Source: Lentisphaerota bacterium (lineage in GTDB: Bacteria; Verrucomicrobiota; Lentisphaeria; Victivallales; GWF2-38-69). Taken from it: a DNA stretch of 58,050 nucleotides. The notes under the pieces are model-generated. The model saw only the letters and a list, made by a program, of their open reading frames with translations, made no database searches and was not told where the DNA came from. Made by a program: the position numbers and the translations under genes. Positions 29,761 to 39,161 of this stretch are shown in pieces. Numbering within the stretch: the stretch's first letter is position 1; each line of letters opens with the position of its first letter. The stretch spans positions 1-58,050 of the forward strand of contig JBAXXY010000002.1 of assembly GCA_037127655.1 (NCBI GenBank), written 5' to 3'.

Positions 29761-29788
29761 GAGTAACTTCCTTAAAGTATAGTTGTTT

Positions 29789-29956
29789 TCAGGTTAGGAT
29801 AACTTCATCTGTTTTATAGACGCATTTTCCGTCAGCCGACGAAACAGAAGTTATCTTAAAATCAAATATTCCAAGATACAAAGCAATAGCCAAATGTATT
29901 GCCGCCGTCTCTTCATGGCTCAGAATCTTCGTGCTATTAATGTTAGATTTTTCCAT
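29789..29956 (-). CDS. small 55-aa ORF between carboxyltransferase and biotin carrier (possible small decarboxylase subunit)
   Basis: Not in the supplied ORF track (under 60 aa). ATG preceded by AAGGA that overlaps the carboxyltransferase stop. Translation: MEKSNINSTKILSHEETAAIHLAIALYLGIFDFKITSVSSADGKCVYKTDEVILT. Confidence 0.4.
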   Translation of the reverse strand: MEKSNINSTKILSHEETAAIHLAIALYLGIFDFKITSVSSADGKCVYKTDEVILT

Positions 29957-29971
29957 AAGCGTCCTTACAAG

Positions 29972-31531
29972 TTACAATGGTATATTTCCATGTTTTCTGA
30001 CAGGTCTCTTTTCAGTCTTTGTCTCTGCTACCCTTAAAGCTTTGATAATAGTATCTCTGGTATCTTTTGGGTCTATGATGCCTTCGATATATCCTCTTTC
30101 TGCCGCGATATAAGGATTATTAAATTTATCTTTATATTCCTGAATTTTGGCTTTTCTTGTTTCTTCAGGGTTAGGAGAAGAGGCAATTTCCTTGGCGAAA
30201 ATAATATTAGCCGCTCCGTTAGCTCCCATTACTGCTATTTCAGCATTCGGCCAGGCATAAACAAAGTCTGCGCCCAGATGCTGAGAGGCCATAGCAATGT
30301 AAGCGCCGCCATAGGATTTTCTAAGGATTATAGAAACCATAGGCACAGTCGCTTCCGAATATGCATATAGGAGCTTAGCTCCGTGCCTGATTACTCCACC
30401 GTGCTCCTGCCCTACTCCGGGAAGGAATCCTGGAGTATCGACGAATGTAAGAAGAGGAACATTAAAAGCATCACAGAATCTGATAAATCTTGAAGCCTTG
30501 TCCGAAGCATCAATATCCAGAACACCCGCGAGAATATTTGGCTGATTAGCTATTATCCCTACAGATTTTCCTCCGATTCTAGCGAAAGCTACAACGATGT
30601 TCCGGGCATAAAAAGGCTGAACTTCAAAAAAACTTTCCGGATCAAGAACGAGGTTGAGAATATCCCTGATATCGTAAGCTTTTTTAGGATCCAAAGGAAC
30701 AACATCGTATATTTTATCACTGACTTTATATGATAAATCATAGCTGATATCTTCGGGATTCTTCTGATTATTTGCTGGAATGTAGGAGAGAATTTTTCTT
30801 GCGATATTAAGAGCTTCTTCATCGCTCTTAGCCATAAAGTGAGCCACACCGCTTACGCTATTGTGAATCATGGCGCCACCGAGTTCATCCTTGTCCACAT
30901 CCTCATTGGTGACAGCTTTGACTACAGCAGGCCCTGTAATAAACATCTGGGAAGTCCCTTCGACCATTATTATAAAGTCTGTAATTGCAGGAGAATAGAC
31001 AGCGCCGCCTGCGCATGGCCCAGCGATCACTGAAATCTGAGGTATTACTCCTGAAGCATGAGTGTTTCTCAAGAAAATTCCACCGTAACCAAACAGAGCA
31101 TCAACTCCTTCCTGGATCCTGGCGCCACCCGAGTCATTTATTCCAATTACGGGCATGCCATACTTCATAGCCATGTCTTGAATCTTCATTATTTCTTTAG
31201 CGTGCATTTCGCCCAGTGAACCGCCCTGAACCGTAAAGTCCTGTGAAAAAACAGCTACTTTGCGACCATCAATAGTTCCGAAGCCAGTCACTACCGCATC
31301 ATAAGGAATCTCTTTCTTTTCCAGACCGAAATAATAACACCTGTGTTTTACGAATTTACCGATTTCCTCAAAGCTGCCATCATCGAGCAGAAGATCAATT
31401 CTTTCGCGGGCTGTAAGTTTTCCCAGAGAATGCTGTTTCTCTATCGCCGCTGTACCGCCGCCAAGGTCAAGTTTACTCTTCTTGGCTTTCAGGCCATCTA
31501 CAAGACCCTTCATAAATCCTATTACAGACAT
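29972..31531 (-). CDS. methylmalonyl-CoA carboxyltransferase / propionyl-CoA carboxylase beta-type subunit
   Basis: 519 aa two-domain carboxyltransferase (FSQDFTVQGGSLGE, INDSGGARIQEG, GGAYIAM). Confidence 0.9.
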   Translation of the reverse strand: MSVIGFMKGLVDGLKAKKSKLDLGGGTAAIEKQHSLGKLTARERIDLLLDDGSFEEIGKFVKHRCYYFGLEKKEIPYDAVVTGFGTIDGRKVAVFSQDFTVQGGSLGEMHAKEIMKIQDMAMKYGMPVIGINDSGGARIQEGVDALFGYGGIFLRNTHASGVIPQISVIAGPCAGGAVYSPAITDFIIMVEGTSQMFITGPAVVKAVTNEDVDKDELGGAMIHNSVSGVAHFMAKSDEEALNIARKILSYIPANNQKNPEDISYDLSYKVSDKIYDVVPLDPKKAYDIRDILNLVLDPESFFEVQPFYARNIVVAFARIGGKSVGIIANQPNILAGVLDIDASDKASRFIRFCDAFNVPLLTFVDTPGFLPGVGQEHGGVIRHGAKLLYAYSEATVPMVSIILRKSYGGAYIAMASQHLGADFVYAWPNAEIAVMGANGAANIIFAKEIASSPNPEETRKAKIQEYKDKFNNPYIAAERGYIEGIIDPKDTRDTIIKALRVAETKTEKRPVRKHGNIPL

Positions 31532-31547
31532 ATTTACTCCTTAAAAT

Positions 31548-31946
31548 TTAGTTATGCTGGCAAATTTCGGTTAAAACGCCGTTTGTACATTTCGGATGCA
31601 TGAATACTACCATAGTGTTGTGAGCGCCCGGTTTCGGCGTATCGCTAAGAGGTTTGAGCCCTATTAATTTTGCTTTGTCGATATAAGCTTGAACATTATC
31701 CACGCAGTAAGCTATGTGGTGCATCCCTCCTCCCTTTGTTTCGAGGAACTTTGAAACTTCAGAATCTTCCCTGATCGGCTGTAGAAGTTCAATTCTCGTA
31801 TCGCCCACATTAATGAAACAAACTTTTATTCCTCTTGCTTCGATAACTTCCTCACCGGCGGGGTTAAAACCCAAGAGACCTGAGTAGAGTTTCAAAGCTT
31901 CTTCAATAGATTTTACTACGATGCCGATATGGTCGATTTTAGCCAT
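31548..31946 (-). CDS. mce: methylmalonyl-CoA epimerase (VOC/glyoxalase fold)
   Basis: IDHIGIVVKSIEEA, GGMHHIAY and a 132 aa length. Heads the carboxyltransferase operon. Confidence 0.85.
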   Translation of the reverse strand: MAKIDHIGIVVKSIEEALKLYSGLLGFNPAGEEVIEARGIKVCFINVGDTRIELLQPIREDSEVSKFLETKGGGMHHIAYCVDNVQAYIDKAKLIGLKPLSDTPKPGAHNTMVVFMHPKCTNGVLTEICQHN

Positions 31947-32114
31947 AACTGATTTACCTCGTCTTGTTATTGATTGTTTGAAAAAATCTAATAGGAATTA
32001 ATTTTGAGTTTATCGTAAGCTCATCTAAATTGCAACAATATAAAAAACTCACTATCGCATTTTCAGCGAATATGTCAGAGCTGACCAGGAGCCTGATTAA
32101 AAAACCCTCAGATA

Positions 32115-32142
32115 TTGACATACAGGATTAAATTACTAGAAT
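32115..32142 (+). promoter_or_regulatory. sigma70-like promoter (TTGACA-N16-TAGAAT)
   Basis: Consensus -35 and a near-consensus -10, 29 nt upstream of the 32171 ATG (GGAGGA Shine-Dalgarno). Confidence 0.5.
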
Positions 32143-32170
32143 TTACTTACCTAACGACGGAGGACATATC

Positions 32171-33790
32171 ATGAAAGCTTCAATCTCTAAAACAATAACT
32201 TCGATGGCCGCGATTCTAGGATTAGCATCATCAACGACGCTCTTAGGCGTAACAGTGCTGATCAAGGATAACTCAGGAAAGAATCCCTATATCACTGTGG
32301 CACTACCCAATAATCAGCTAATGCAAAAACAGTTATCATCACTTCCTGCAACTACATACAATGGACAGCAATATAAAGTAATCTGTAATGATGCAAACAA
32401 TCAAGCTACGGATCCACTTTATCCACTTTACACTAATAGTTTTGTATCAGGAAGAATATATGTATCATTTGGGCAATTCCCATTTTCAAGCGACCCAACA
32501 GGTAATCCATGCGACCCAAGCGTCAAGGAATTAAGATATGATTGGGTTGAATTGACAGCTGACGGCAAACCAGCAGCATGCGCAAATCTGACAGGCGTAA
32601 ATCAGCTTGGTATTCCAATGACTCTTGAATCATATTTAAAAGACCAAAAGATTTCCTATGTAGGATACAAAGATTCCATAACTACCATTAGAAATAATCT
32701 TTACAAGATCAATACAAAAGCTTTTACAGGAGGAAACGGTACAGGATTTGTAAGAGTAGTATCTCCTGATAATGGCGACACAACACAAGCACAATCCTGG
32801 ACTTCCGTGAGCGGTTATGAAGATTATCTTAAGTCTCTTCAGGGACAGTCTTTTGAGATAAAAGGTTACTATTGCGGCGCTACCATTAAAGTCAATGGTA
32901 AAGATGTCGTGTGCCCGCCATGCAGTTACGACTACACTGGAACATTTCCGCTTGATTCTGATAAAACTTTTACAATGCACGCCGAGGGAAAATCTGGAGC
33001 CACAGGTCCAATCACTATTACAAGCAACGATCTGTATAAAACCCTAATTGAAATGATAAATAAATGCGATGGTTCATTTACTATAACAGGAGATAATCAG
33101 CCGCCGCAGACAGATCCTCAAACCATCGGAACCAACAGTGTTTATTCAGCCATAATGAGAGATTTTCTAGTAGGGTTCAATCTGGGATTCTACGGTTACA
33201 AAGACAAAGGAGTTGACTATAATAACTCTGATAATTGGAATCCCTTTGGAGCATTTAAAAATATTAACCCCAGCACAGAGACTCCTTATGGTAATATGTA
33301 CACATATACCATCAATAAATCTACAAATTCCTATAGCTTTCCATTCGAAGACTTTTTAGGAAAAGTATTTGTCACCCTAAACCCTGAAAAAGCCGATACT
33401 CTGATAATCACAGTACTCAATGATACCCAAACAGGTGATTACATTCCGTACAGTGAGGCGACTGCTCCTGCCGTAACAACAGGAGACAGCAAAATAACCC
33501 AGGTAAACTTCTTCTCTGATGCTTCAAAACAGGGTTTTCCATTTGGATTCAATGGTAACCAGTACACCGTTTCTTCTTCGAATCAGGTTCTTACTTCAGG
33601 AACTCCTGCTAACAAAGACACAAAGAACCGCTATCCTGTAAAATACAGAAATATGAGCGATGTTCTGGATATAACGCTTGATGCTTCCGGAAATATAACA
33701 AAGGCAGAATTTGAAACAGGCTGTCTGCAGACTGTACAAAGCAAACCTGAAGTACTTCAAGGCGGAGTAATAAACATAGGGGGCTTTTAA
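32171..33790 (+). CDS. secreted GH64-like (beta-1,3-glucanase/thaumatin-like) protein
   Basis: Signal peptide. SGRIYVSFG, YDWVELT and ANLTGVNQLGIPMTLE follow the pattern I recall for glycoside hydrolase family 64. Not verified by search. Confidence 0.45.
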   Translation: MKASISKTITSMAAILGLASSTTLLGVTVLIKDNSGKNPYITVALPNNQLMQKQLSSLPATTYNGQQYKVICNDANNQATDPLYPLYTNSFVSGRIYVSFGQFPFSSDPTGNPCDPSVKELRYDWVELTADGKPAACANLTGVNQLGIPMTLESYLKDQKISYVGYKDSITTIRNNLYKINTKAFTGGNGTGFVRVVSPDNGDTTQAQSWTSVSGYEDYLKSLQGQSFEIKGYYCGATIKVNGKDVVCPPCSYDYTGTFPLDSDKTFTMHAEGKSGATGPITITSNDLYKTLIEMINKCDGSFTITGDNQPPQTDPQTIGTNSVYSAIMRDFLVGFNLGFYGYKDKGVDYNNSDNWNPFGAFKNINPSTETPYGNMYTYTINKSTNSYSFPFEDFLGKVFVTLNPEKADTLIITVLNDTQTGDYIPYSEATAPAVTTGDSKITQVNFFSDASKQGFPFGFNGNQYTVSSSNQVLTSGTPANKDTKNRYPVKYRNMSDVLDITLDASGNITKAEFETGCLQTVQSKPEVLQGGVINIGGF

Positions 33791-33805
33791 ATCTAAACCA
33801 CACAC

Positions 33806-33838
33806 AGGCAGGAAGCATTTGGCTTCCTGCCTTTTTTA
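33806..33838 (+). terminator. Rho-independent terminator
   Basis: AGGCAGGAAGC-atttg-GCTTCCTGCCT followed by TTTTTT. Confidence 0.85.
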
Positions 33839-33882
33839 TTTTCCAAATAAATGCATAAGGAAAATGCTTATTATTTAAACTA

Positions 33883-33910
33883 TTGGATTTTTTTTAAAAT
33901 CTGTTATAAT
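33883..33910 (+). promoter_or_regulatory. sigma70-like promoter (TTGGAT-N16-TATAAT)
   Basis: Consensus -10, about 58 nt upstream of the ferredoxin-subunit ATG. Confidence 0.45.
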
Positions 33911-33968
33911 GAATTCATATTTCATCATATTGAACCCAAAATATTAATAAAGAATAAGGACATTTGTT

Positions 33969-34181
33969 ATGGCAAAAAAAAGTGTGGAGAATGTCATCAT
34001 TAACAAAGCCTGGTGCAAGGGGTGCGGCATCTGCATCCATTTCTGCCCAAAGAAAGTATTGGAAATGGGCAAAGATTCCAAAGCGGCAGTCGTCAGACTC
34101 GAAGACTGTATTGGCTGCAGGCTCTGCGAACTCAGATGCCCCGATTTTGCTATTCAAGTAAAATTTAACGATAAGGAATAA
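33969..34181 (+). CDS. korD: 2-oxoacid:ferredoxin oxidoreductase delta (2x[4Fe-4S] ferredoxin) subunit
   Basis: Two CxxCxxCxxxCP clusters (CKGCGICIHFCP, CIGCRLCELRCP). Confidence 0.85.
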   Translation: MAKKSVENVIINKAWCKGCGICIHFCPKKVLEMGKDSKAAVVRLEDCIGCRLCELRCPDFAIQVKFNDKE

Positions 34182-34189
34182 CAAAGCTT

Positions 34190-35338
34190 ATGGAAGGGAA
34201 TATAAAATTTGTGCAAGGCAATGAAGCCTGCGTAGAGGGAGCTTTGTACGCGGGTTGTAATTTTTTTGCTGGTTATCCTATTACTCCATCTACCGAAGTC
34301 GCCGAGGGTTTAGCTTCAAGATTGCCCAAAAACGGCGGCAAATTCATACAGATGGAAGATGAAATTGCTTCAATGTGCGCAATCATCGGCGCTTCTCTGA
34401 CCGGAGCAAAAACCATGACTGCTACGAGCGGTCCGGGTTTCTCGCTCAAGCAGGAAGCTCTGGGTTACGCCATAATGGCAGAAATCCCATGCGTGATTGT
34501 CAATGTGCAAAGAGGCGGACCTTCGACAGGCAATCCGACTCATGTAGCTCAGGGCGATGTCATGCAGGCAAAATGGGGAACACACGGCGACCACTCAATC
34601 GTAGCTATGACTGCATCCAATATTCAGGATGTATTTGAGATAACTATTGAAGCCTTCAATATCGCCGAGACTTTCAGAACTCCAGTCATTCTGCTCTTCG
34701 ACGAAATTGTCGGACACATGAGAGAAAAACTCGTTATTCCTGAAAAAGGAAAAATACCTGTGATTGAAAGACTAAGGACTTCGGTTCCTCCAGGCACTGA
34801 TTACCATCCTTACTTTCCGAGAAAAGACGGCAGATTACCGATGTCTGATTTCGGAGGAGAACACCGCTACAATGTCACAGGTTTATTCCACGATATGTGG
34901 GGGTTCCCGACAGACAAACCAGAACTCGTCCACAGCCTTATGCGCCACCTGATTGATAAAATAGATACTCATCCCAAACATATCTGCAAAACAAAGAAGC
35001 ACTTCCTCGATGACGCCGAAACAGTTCTGGTCTCTTACGGAGCTTCAGCAAGAACAGCGCTTGAAGTAGTTAATTACTCCAGAGCAAGAGACAGAAAAGT
35101 AGGTCTTCTTGAACTCCAGACAATATGGCCGTTCCCGAAGGATGTTGTCGCTGAATACTGTGATAAGGCAAAAAGAGTAGTAGTCGTAGAAATGAATATG
35201 GGACAAGTGATGGAACAGGTCAAAGCCTCCGTTCAGTGTCCTGCCAATGTGTTCCTCTGCAACAGATACGACGGTACGCTCATCAATACTGATGATGTAA
35301 AAAATGTATTAAGAGTAATTGAAGGAAGGGGGTTCTAA
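34190..35338 (+). CDS. korA: 2-oxoglutarate/2-oxoacid:ferredoxin oxidoreductase alpha subunit
   Basis: GNEACVEGALYAGCNFFAGYPITPSTE N-terminus is typical of OorA/KorA. Confidence 0.9.
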   Translation: MEGNIKFVQGNEACVEGALYAGCNFFAGYPITPSTEVAEGLASRLPKNGGKFIQMEDEIASMCAIIGASLTGAKTMTATSGPGFSLKQEALGYAIMAEIPCVIVNVQRGGPSTGNPTHVAQGDVMQAKWGTHGDHSIVAMTASNIQDVFEITIEAFNIAETFRTPVILLFDEIVGHMREKLVIPEKGKIPVIERLRTSVPPGTDYHPYFPRKDGRLPMSDFGGEHRYNVTGLFHDMWGFPTDKPELVHSLMRHLIDKIDTHPKHICKTKKHFLDDAETVLVSYGASARTALEVVNYSRARDRKVGLLELQTIWPFPKDVVAEYCDKAKRVVVVEMNMGQVMEQVKASVQCPANVFLCNRYDGTLINTDDVKNVLRVIEGRGF

Positions 35339-35340
35339 TC

Positions 35341-36150
35341 ATGCCAGTACAAGATTATATAAGAAAACGCTTTTTCCCTCATATTTGGTGTGGGGGATGC
35401 GGACATGGAATAGTTCTTCAGGGAATGCTCGCGGCTATTGAAGAGCTTGGAATTAACAAAAAAGATGTAGCGATGGTTTCAGGAATCGGATGTTCATCAA
35501 GAATTGTAGGATACACTGATTTTCATACATTACATACTCTTCACGGCAGAGCTTTGTCTTTTGCCACTGGAGTAAAATTCAGTAAGCCGTCTCTAAATGT
35601 AATAGTTCCCATGGGTGATGGCGACGCGATGGCTATCGGCGGAAACCATTTCATTCACGCATGCAGAAGAAATATTGATATGACAGCCGTCATTATGAAT
35701 AACAGGATTTACGGAATGACTGGCGGTCAGTTCTCACCTCTTTCCGGTCAGGGAATTTACGCTACTACAGCTCCTTACAGCAATATAGATTACGAGTTTG
35801 ATACAGTAGAACTCGCAAGAGGCGCCGGAGCTACTTTCGTAGCCAGGACTACAGTGTTCCACGCGACTGAGATTACCAGCATCATGAAAAAAGCCATTCA
35901 GCATAAAGGTTTTTCTGTAGTGGAAGTTCTTACACAATGCCCGACATACTTCGGAAGAAAGAACAAAATCAAGGGAACTACCGATATGATGGAATGGTTT
36001 AAGACAAATACCACAGCTATTGGATCTGATGCCAAAAAAGCCAATCCGTCTCTCATAGAAAGAGGAATATTTGTGCAGACAGAAAAGAACGAATACTGCA
36101 AAGCATACGATAAAATCATCGAAATCGCATCGAAAGAGAAGGAGGCTTAA
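35341..36150 (+). CDS. korB: 2-oxoacid:ferredoxin oxidoreductase beta (TPP-binding) subunit
   Basis: WCGGCGHG cluster ligands and the GDGD...GGNH...NNRIYGMTGGQ TPP motif. Confidence 0.9.
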   Translation: MPVQDYIRKRFFPHIWCGGCGHGIVLQGMLAAIEELGINKKDVAMVSGIGCSSRIVGYTDFHTLHTLHGRALSFATGVKFSKPSLNVIVPMGDGDAMAIGGNHFIHACRRNIDMTAVIMNNRIYGMTGGQFSPLSGQGIYATTAPYSNIDYEFDTVELARGAGATFVARTTVFHATEITSIMKKAIQHKGFSVVEVLTQCPTYFGRKNKIKGTTDMMEWFKTNTTAIGSDAKKANPSLIERGIFVQTEKNEYCKAYDKIIEIASKEKEA

Positions 36151-36158
36151 GAAATATT

Positions 36159-36689
36159 ATGGATATATATAAACTAGTTTTCTCAGGATCAGGCGGTCAG
36201 GGAGTAATAACTGCGGCTGTGATACTTGCCGAAGCGGCAGTTATTTATGACAATAAGCATGCGGTTCAAGCTCAATCTTACGGACCTGAAGCCAGAGGCG
36301 GTTCTACAAGAAGCGATGTAATAATCTCTGATGAACAAATTAACTATCCCAAAGTAACGCATCCTAATCTATTGGTCTGCCTTACCCAAGAGTCTTACAA
36401 TAAGTTTTCCAGCATTGTTCTACCCGGCGGAATTATCATTACTGACTCAAGATATGTCGTTATTAACAAAAATTGCGATGCAATCCAGAAGGAACTGCCT
36501 ATCTACGACATAGTAATGGAAAAACTTGGAAATCCTATTGTATTCAATGTATGCATGCTCGGAGCAGTTCTAAAATGCCTTCCTGTAGTTAAAGAAGAGT
36601 CTGTTATAAGAGCAGTAACAAGCAGGATAAATCCTAAATTTATAGACCTTAATACTAAAGCTTTTTACCTCGGTCTGAGCCTGACATAA
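36159..36689 (+). CDS. korC: 2-oxoacid:ferredoxin oxidoreductase gamma subunit
   Basis: FSGSGGQGVITA...YGPEARGG motif. Confidence 0.9.
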   Translation: MDIYKLVFSGSGGQGVITAAVILAEAAVIYDNKHAVQAQSYGPEARGGSTRSDVIISDEQINYPKVTHPNLLVCLTQESYNKFSSIVLPGGIIITDSRYVVINKNCDAIQKELPIYDIVMEKLGNPIVFNVCMLGAVLKCLPVVKEESVIRAVTSRINPKFIDLNTKAFYLGLSLT

Positions 36690-36810
36690 GTAGAAGTAAG
36701 ACAAACAAATGGAGTATATGCAACATTAAGCGATGCATTATAGGTTATATAAATTAATTTTTAAGATTTATATTGTGCATTATTTTTAATATCATTTAAT
36801 TGTTCATAAT

Positions 36811-36880
36811 GGAATTCCGTGAGATTCGGAAGCGGACGAGCCACTGTGAGCGGTTGAGATTTACCGCAAGCCAGACCTCC
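36811..36880 (+). promoter_or_regulatory. cobalamin-riboswitch-like element (core plus B12 box)
   Basis: GGAAUUCCGUGAGAUUCGGAAGCGGACGAGCCACUGUGAGCGG-loop-CCGCAAGCCAGACCUCC. It resembles the conserved GGGAA..GGUG.AA.UCC..C.G..CCGCCACUGU core and the AGCCAG..ACCUGCC B12 box. A clear 5' P1/P2 partner was not found. Confidence 0.45.
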
Positions 36881-36912
36881 AAATCCTCTATTTCTCCTCG
36901 GGACTGGGAAAT

Positions 36913-39057
36913 ATGATAAAAAAAGGTTTAAATATGACAGCCACAATCAATGACTGGGCAAAAGAAGCCGAAAAACAAATGAAGGGAAAACCTGTATCCT
37001 CTCTTGAGTGGAACAGCCCTGAACACATCAAGATTAAACCGTTATATACGGCAACGGATCTTGAATCATTAGAATCTCTGAACTCATTACCAGGTCTGGC
37101 CCCTTTCACCAGAGGCCCATACCCTACAATGTATGCCGCAAGACCCTGGACTATCCGTCAATATGCCGGTTTCTCCACAGCTAAAGAATCTAATGCCTTC
37201 TACAGAAAGAATCTCGCCGCAGGACAAATGGGTTTGTCCGTAGCATTTGACCTTGCCACACACAGAGGTTATGACTCTGATAATCCGAGAGTAGCTGGAG
37301 ATGTAGGTAAAGCAGGCGTGGCTATTGACAGTGTCGAAGATATGAAAATACTCTTCGATCAGATACCTCTCGACAAGATGTCTGTCTCAATGACAATGAA
37401 CGGAGCTGTTCTTCCTATCTTGGCAAATTATATAGTTGCCGCTGAAGAACAGGGCGCTAAGCAAGACACACTTACAGGCACAATTCAGAATGATATTCTC
37501 AAAGAATACCTGACTCGTAATACTTATATTTATCCGCCGACACCTTCAATGAGAATCATATCTGATATTATCGGATATTGCTCAAAAAATATGCCTAAGT
37601 TCAATACCATCAGCATAAGCGGTTACCATATGATGGAAGCTGGAGCTAATTCTGTGATGCAGACTGCATTCACAATTGCAGACGGCGTAGAATACATTAA
37701 ATCTGCCCAGAGAGGCGGTCAAAGCATAGACGATTTCGGACAAAGACTCTCCTTTTTCTTCGGAATAGGTATGAATTTCTTCATGAATATCGCCATGCTG
37801 AGAGCCGCAAGATTCCTCTGGTACGAAGAAACCATGAAATTCAATCCTAAGAGTCCAAAGTCCTGCATGCTCAGAACTCACTGCCAGACATCTGGATGGA
37901 GTTTGACTGAACAAGATCCTTACAATAACATTATAAGAACCACGATAGAGTGTATGGCCGCTGTCCTTGGCGGAACACAGTCTCTGCACACTAATGCCTA
38001 CGATGAAGCAATCGGATTGCCAACTGAATTTTCTGCCAGAATAGCTAGAAACACTCAGATAGTTGTTCAGGAAGAATCGCAGATATGCCATGTAATTGAC
38101 CCGATGGGTGGAAGTTACTATGTCGAAAGTCTCACTAATTCCATTATTCAGGAATCAAGAAAAATCCTTAGAGAAATCGAATCTCTGGGCGGTATGGCAA
38201 AAGCTATTGAGTCAGGCCTTCCAAAGAGAATGATAGAAGAAGCCGCTGCAAGAACTCAGGCTAGAATTGAAATAGGCGAAGAAGTAATAGTCGGCGTCAA
38301 TAAGTACAAACTCAAAACCGAAGCTGATATTCCAGTACTTGCAATATCCGACGATGTAAGGATTGAGCAGACAGCATCTATCAAAGCTTTGAAGGCAAAG
38401 AGAGACAACGCGCTGGTGAAGAAGGCTCTCGAAAATATAACTAAAGCGGCTGAAACAGGCGACAACCTCCTCGAAGTTACAATCCATGCTGTCAGAGCCA
38501 GAGCTACAGTAGGCGAAATAAGCGATGCTATGGAAAAAGTTTTTGGCAGATATAAAGCTAAAACTGAACTCATTTCAGGCATATATTCATCTGAATACGC
38601 TAAAGGTCATAACGAAGGATTCGTTGAACTTAGAAAAGAAACAGACGATTTCGCCAAGAAGCATGGCCGCAGACCTAGAATATTGATCGCCAAAATTGGA
38701 CAGGACGGACATGACAGAGGAAGCAAAGTAGTAGCTACAGCATTTGCAGACCTTGGTTTCGATGTTGACCTAAGCCCGATGTTCGTAACACCTGAAGAAG
38801 CCGCAAAAATGGCAGTCGAAAACGATGTACATGCCATCGGAGCATCATCTCTAGCCGCAGGTCACAAATACATAGTTCCGGCTCTCGAAGCAGAACTCAA
38901 GAAACTCGGCAGCCTTGATATTAAGGTGTTTATAGGCGGAGTTATCCCTCATCAGGATTACGAAGAACTCTTCAAAGACGGCGCCGCAGGCGTCTTTGGC
39001 CCAGGCACAAACATCATAGATTCAGCGAGAACCATTCTCAAGGCTATTGATAATTAA
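36913..39057 (+). CDS. scpA: methylmalonyl-CoA mutase, single-chain (catalytic barrel plus C-terminal B12-binding domain)
   Basis: [16 protein letters not shown], the TIM-barrel substrate motifs, and the C-terminal [11 protein letters not shown] (DxHxxG), SSL and GGVIP cobalamin signatures. An alternative start is the ATG at 36934. Confidence 0.95.
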   Translation: MIKKGLNMTATINDWAKEAEKQMKGKPVSSLEWNSPEHIKIKPLYTATDLESLESLNSLPGLAPFTRGPYPTMYAARPWTIRQYAGFSTAKESNAFYRKNLAAGQMGLSVAFDLATHRGYDSDNPRVAGDVGKAGVAIDSVEDMKILFDQIPLDKMSVSMTMNGAVLPILANYIVAAEEQGAKQDTLTGTIQNDILKEYLTRNTYIYPPTPSMRIISDIIGYCSKNMPKFNTISISGYHMMEAGANSVMQTAFTIADGVEYIKSAQRGGQSIDDFGQRLSFFFGIGMNFFMNIAMLRAARFLWYEETMKFNPKSPKSCMLRTHCQTSGWSLTEQDPYNNIIRTTIECMAAVLGGTQSLHTNAYDEAIGLPTEFSARIARNTQIVVQEESQICHVIDPMGGSYYVESLTNSIIQESRKILREIESLGGMAKAIESGLPKRMIEEAAARTQARIEIGEEVIVGVNKYKLKTEADIPVLAISDDVRIEQTASIKALKAKRDNALVKKALENITKAAETGDNLLEVTIHAVRARATVGEISDAMEKVFGRYKAKTELISGIYSSEYAKGHNEGFVELRKETDDFAKKHGRRPRILIAKIGQDGHDRGSKVVATAFADLGFDVDLSPMFVTPEEAAKMAVENDVHAIGASSLAAGHKYIVPALEAELKKLGSLDIKVFIGGVIPHQDYEELFKDGAAGVFGPGTNIIDSARTILKAIDN

Positions 39058-39161
39058 GTTACATCATTTCGGATTTAATGGATCTCCGATATTTCGGCAG
39101 GTCTATTAGTCCAATTTTTTGACATACTTGAAACACCTCTTTAATTTTAAGGAAATAATAT

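Noticed and set aside
29931-30113. 60-aa plus-strand ORF across the carboxyltransferase 3' end.
   Set aside because: It is a shadow frame of the minus-strand carboxyltransferase. The real small ORF in this spacer is on the minus strand (29789-29956).
33915-34184. Minus-strand 89-aa ORF and an alternative plus-frame 65-aa ORF overlapping the ferredoxin subunit gene.
   Set aside because: The 33969-34181 frame encodes two perfect CxxCxxCxxxCP clusters and heads the oxidoreductase operon. The others are shadow frames.
37582-38091. Antisense ORFs of 60-170 aa inside well-supported genes, e.g. 37582-38091, 39059-39457, 52169-52567, 28131-28445, 19126-19572 and 4906-5274.
   Set aside because: They lie entirely within, and opposite to, genes with clear family signatures. 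Their translations are low-complexity, Ser/Leu/Pro-rich shadow frames, with no start context or motifs.
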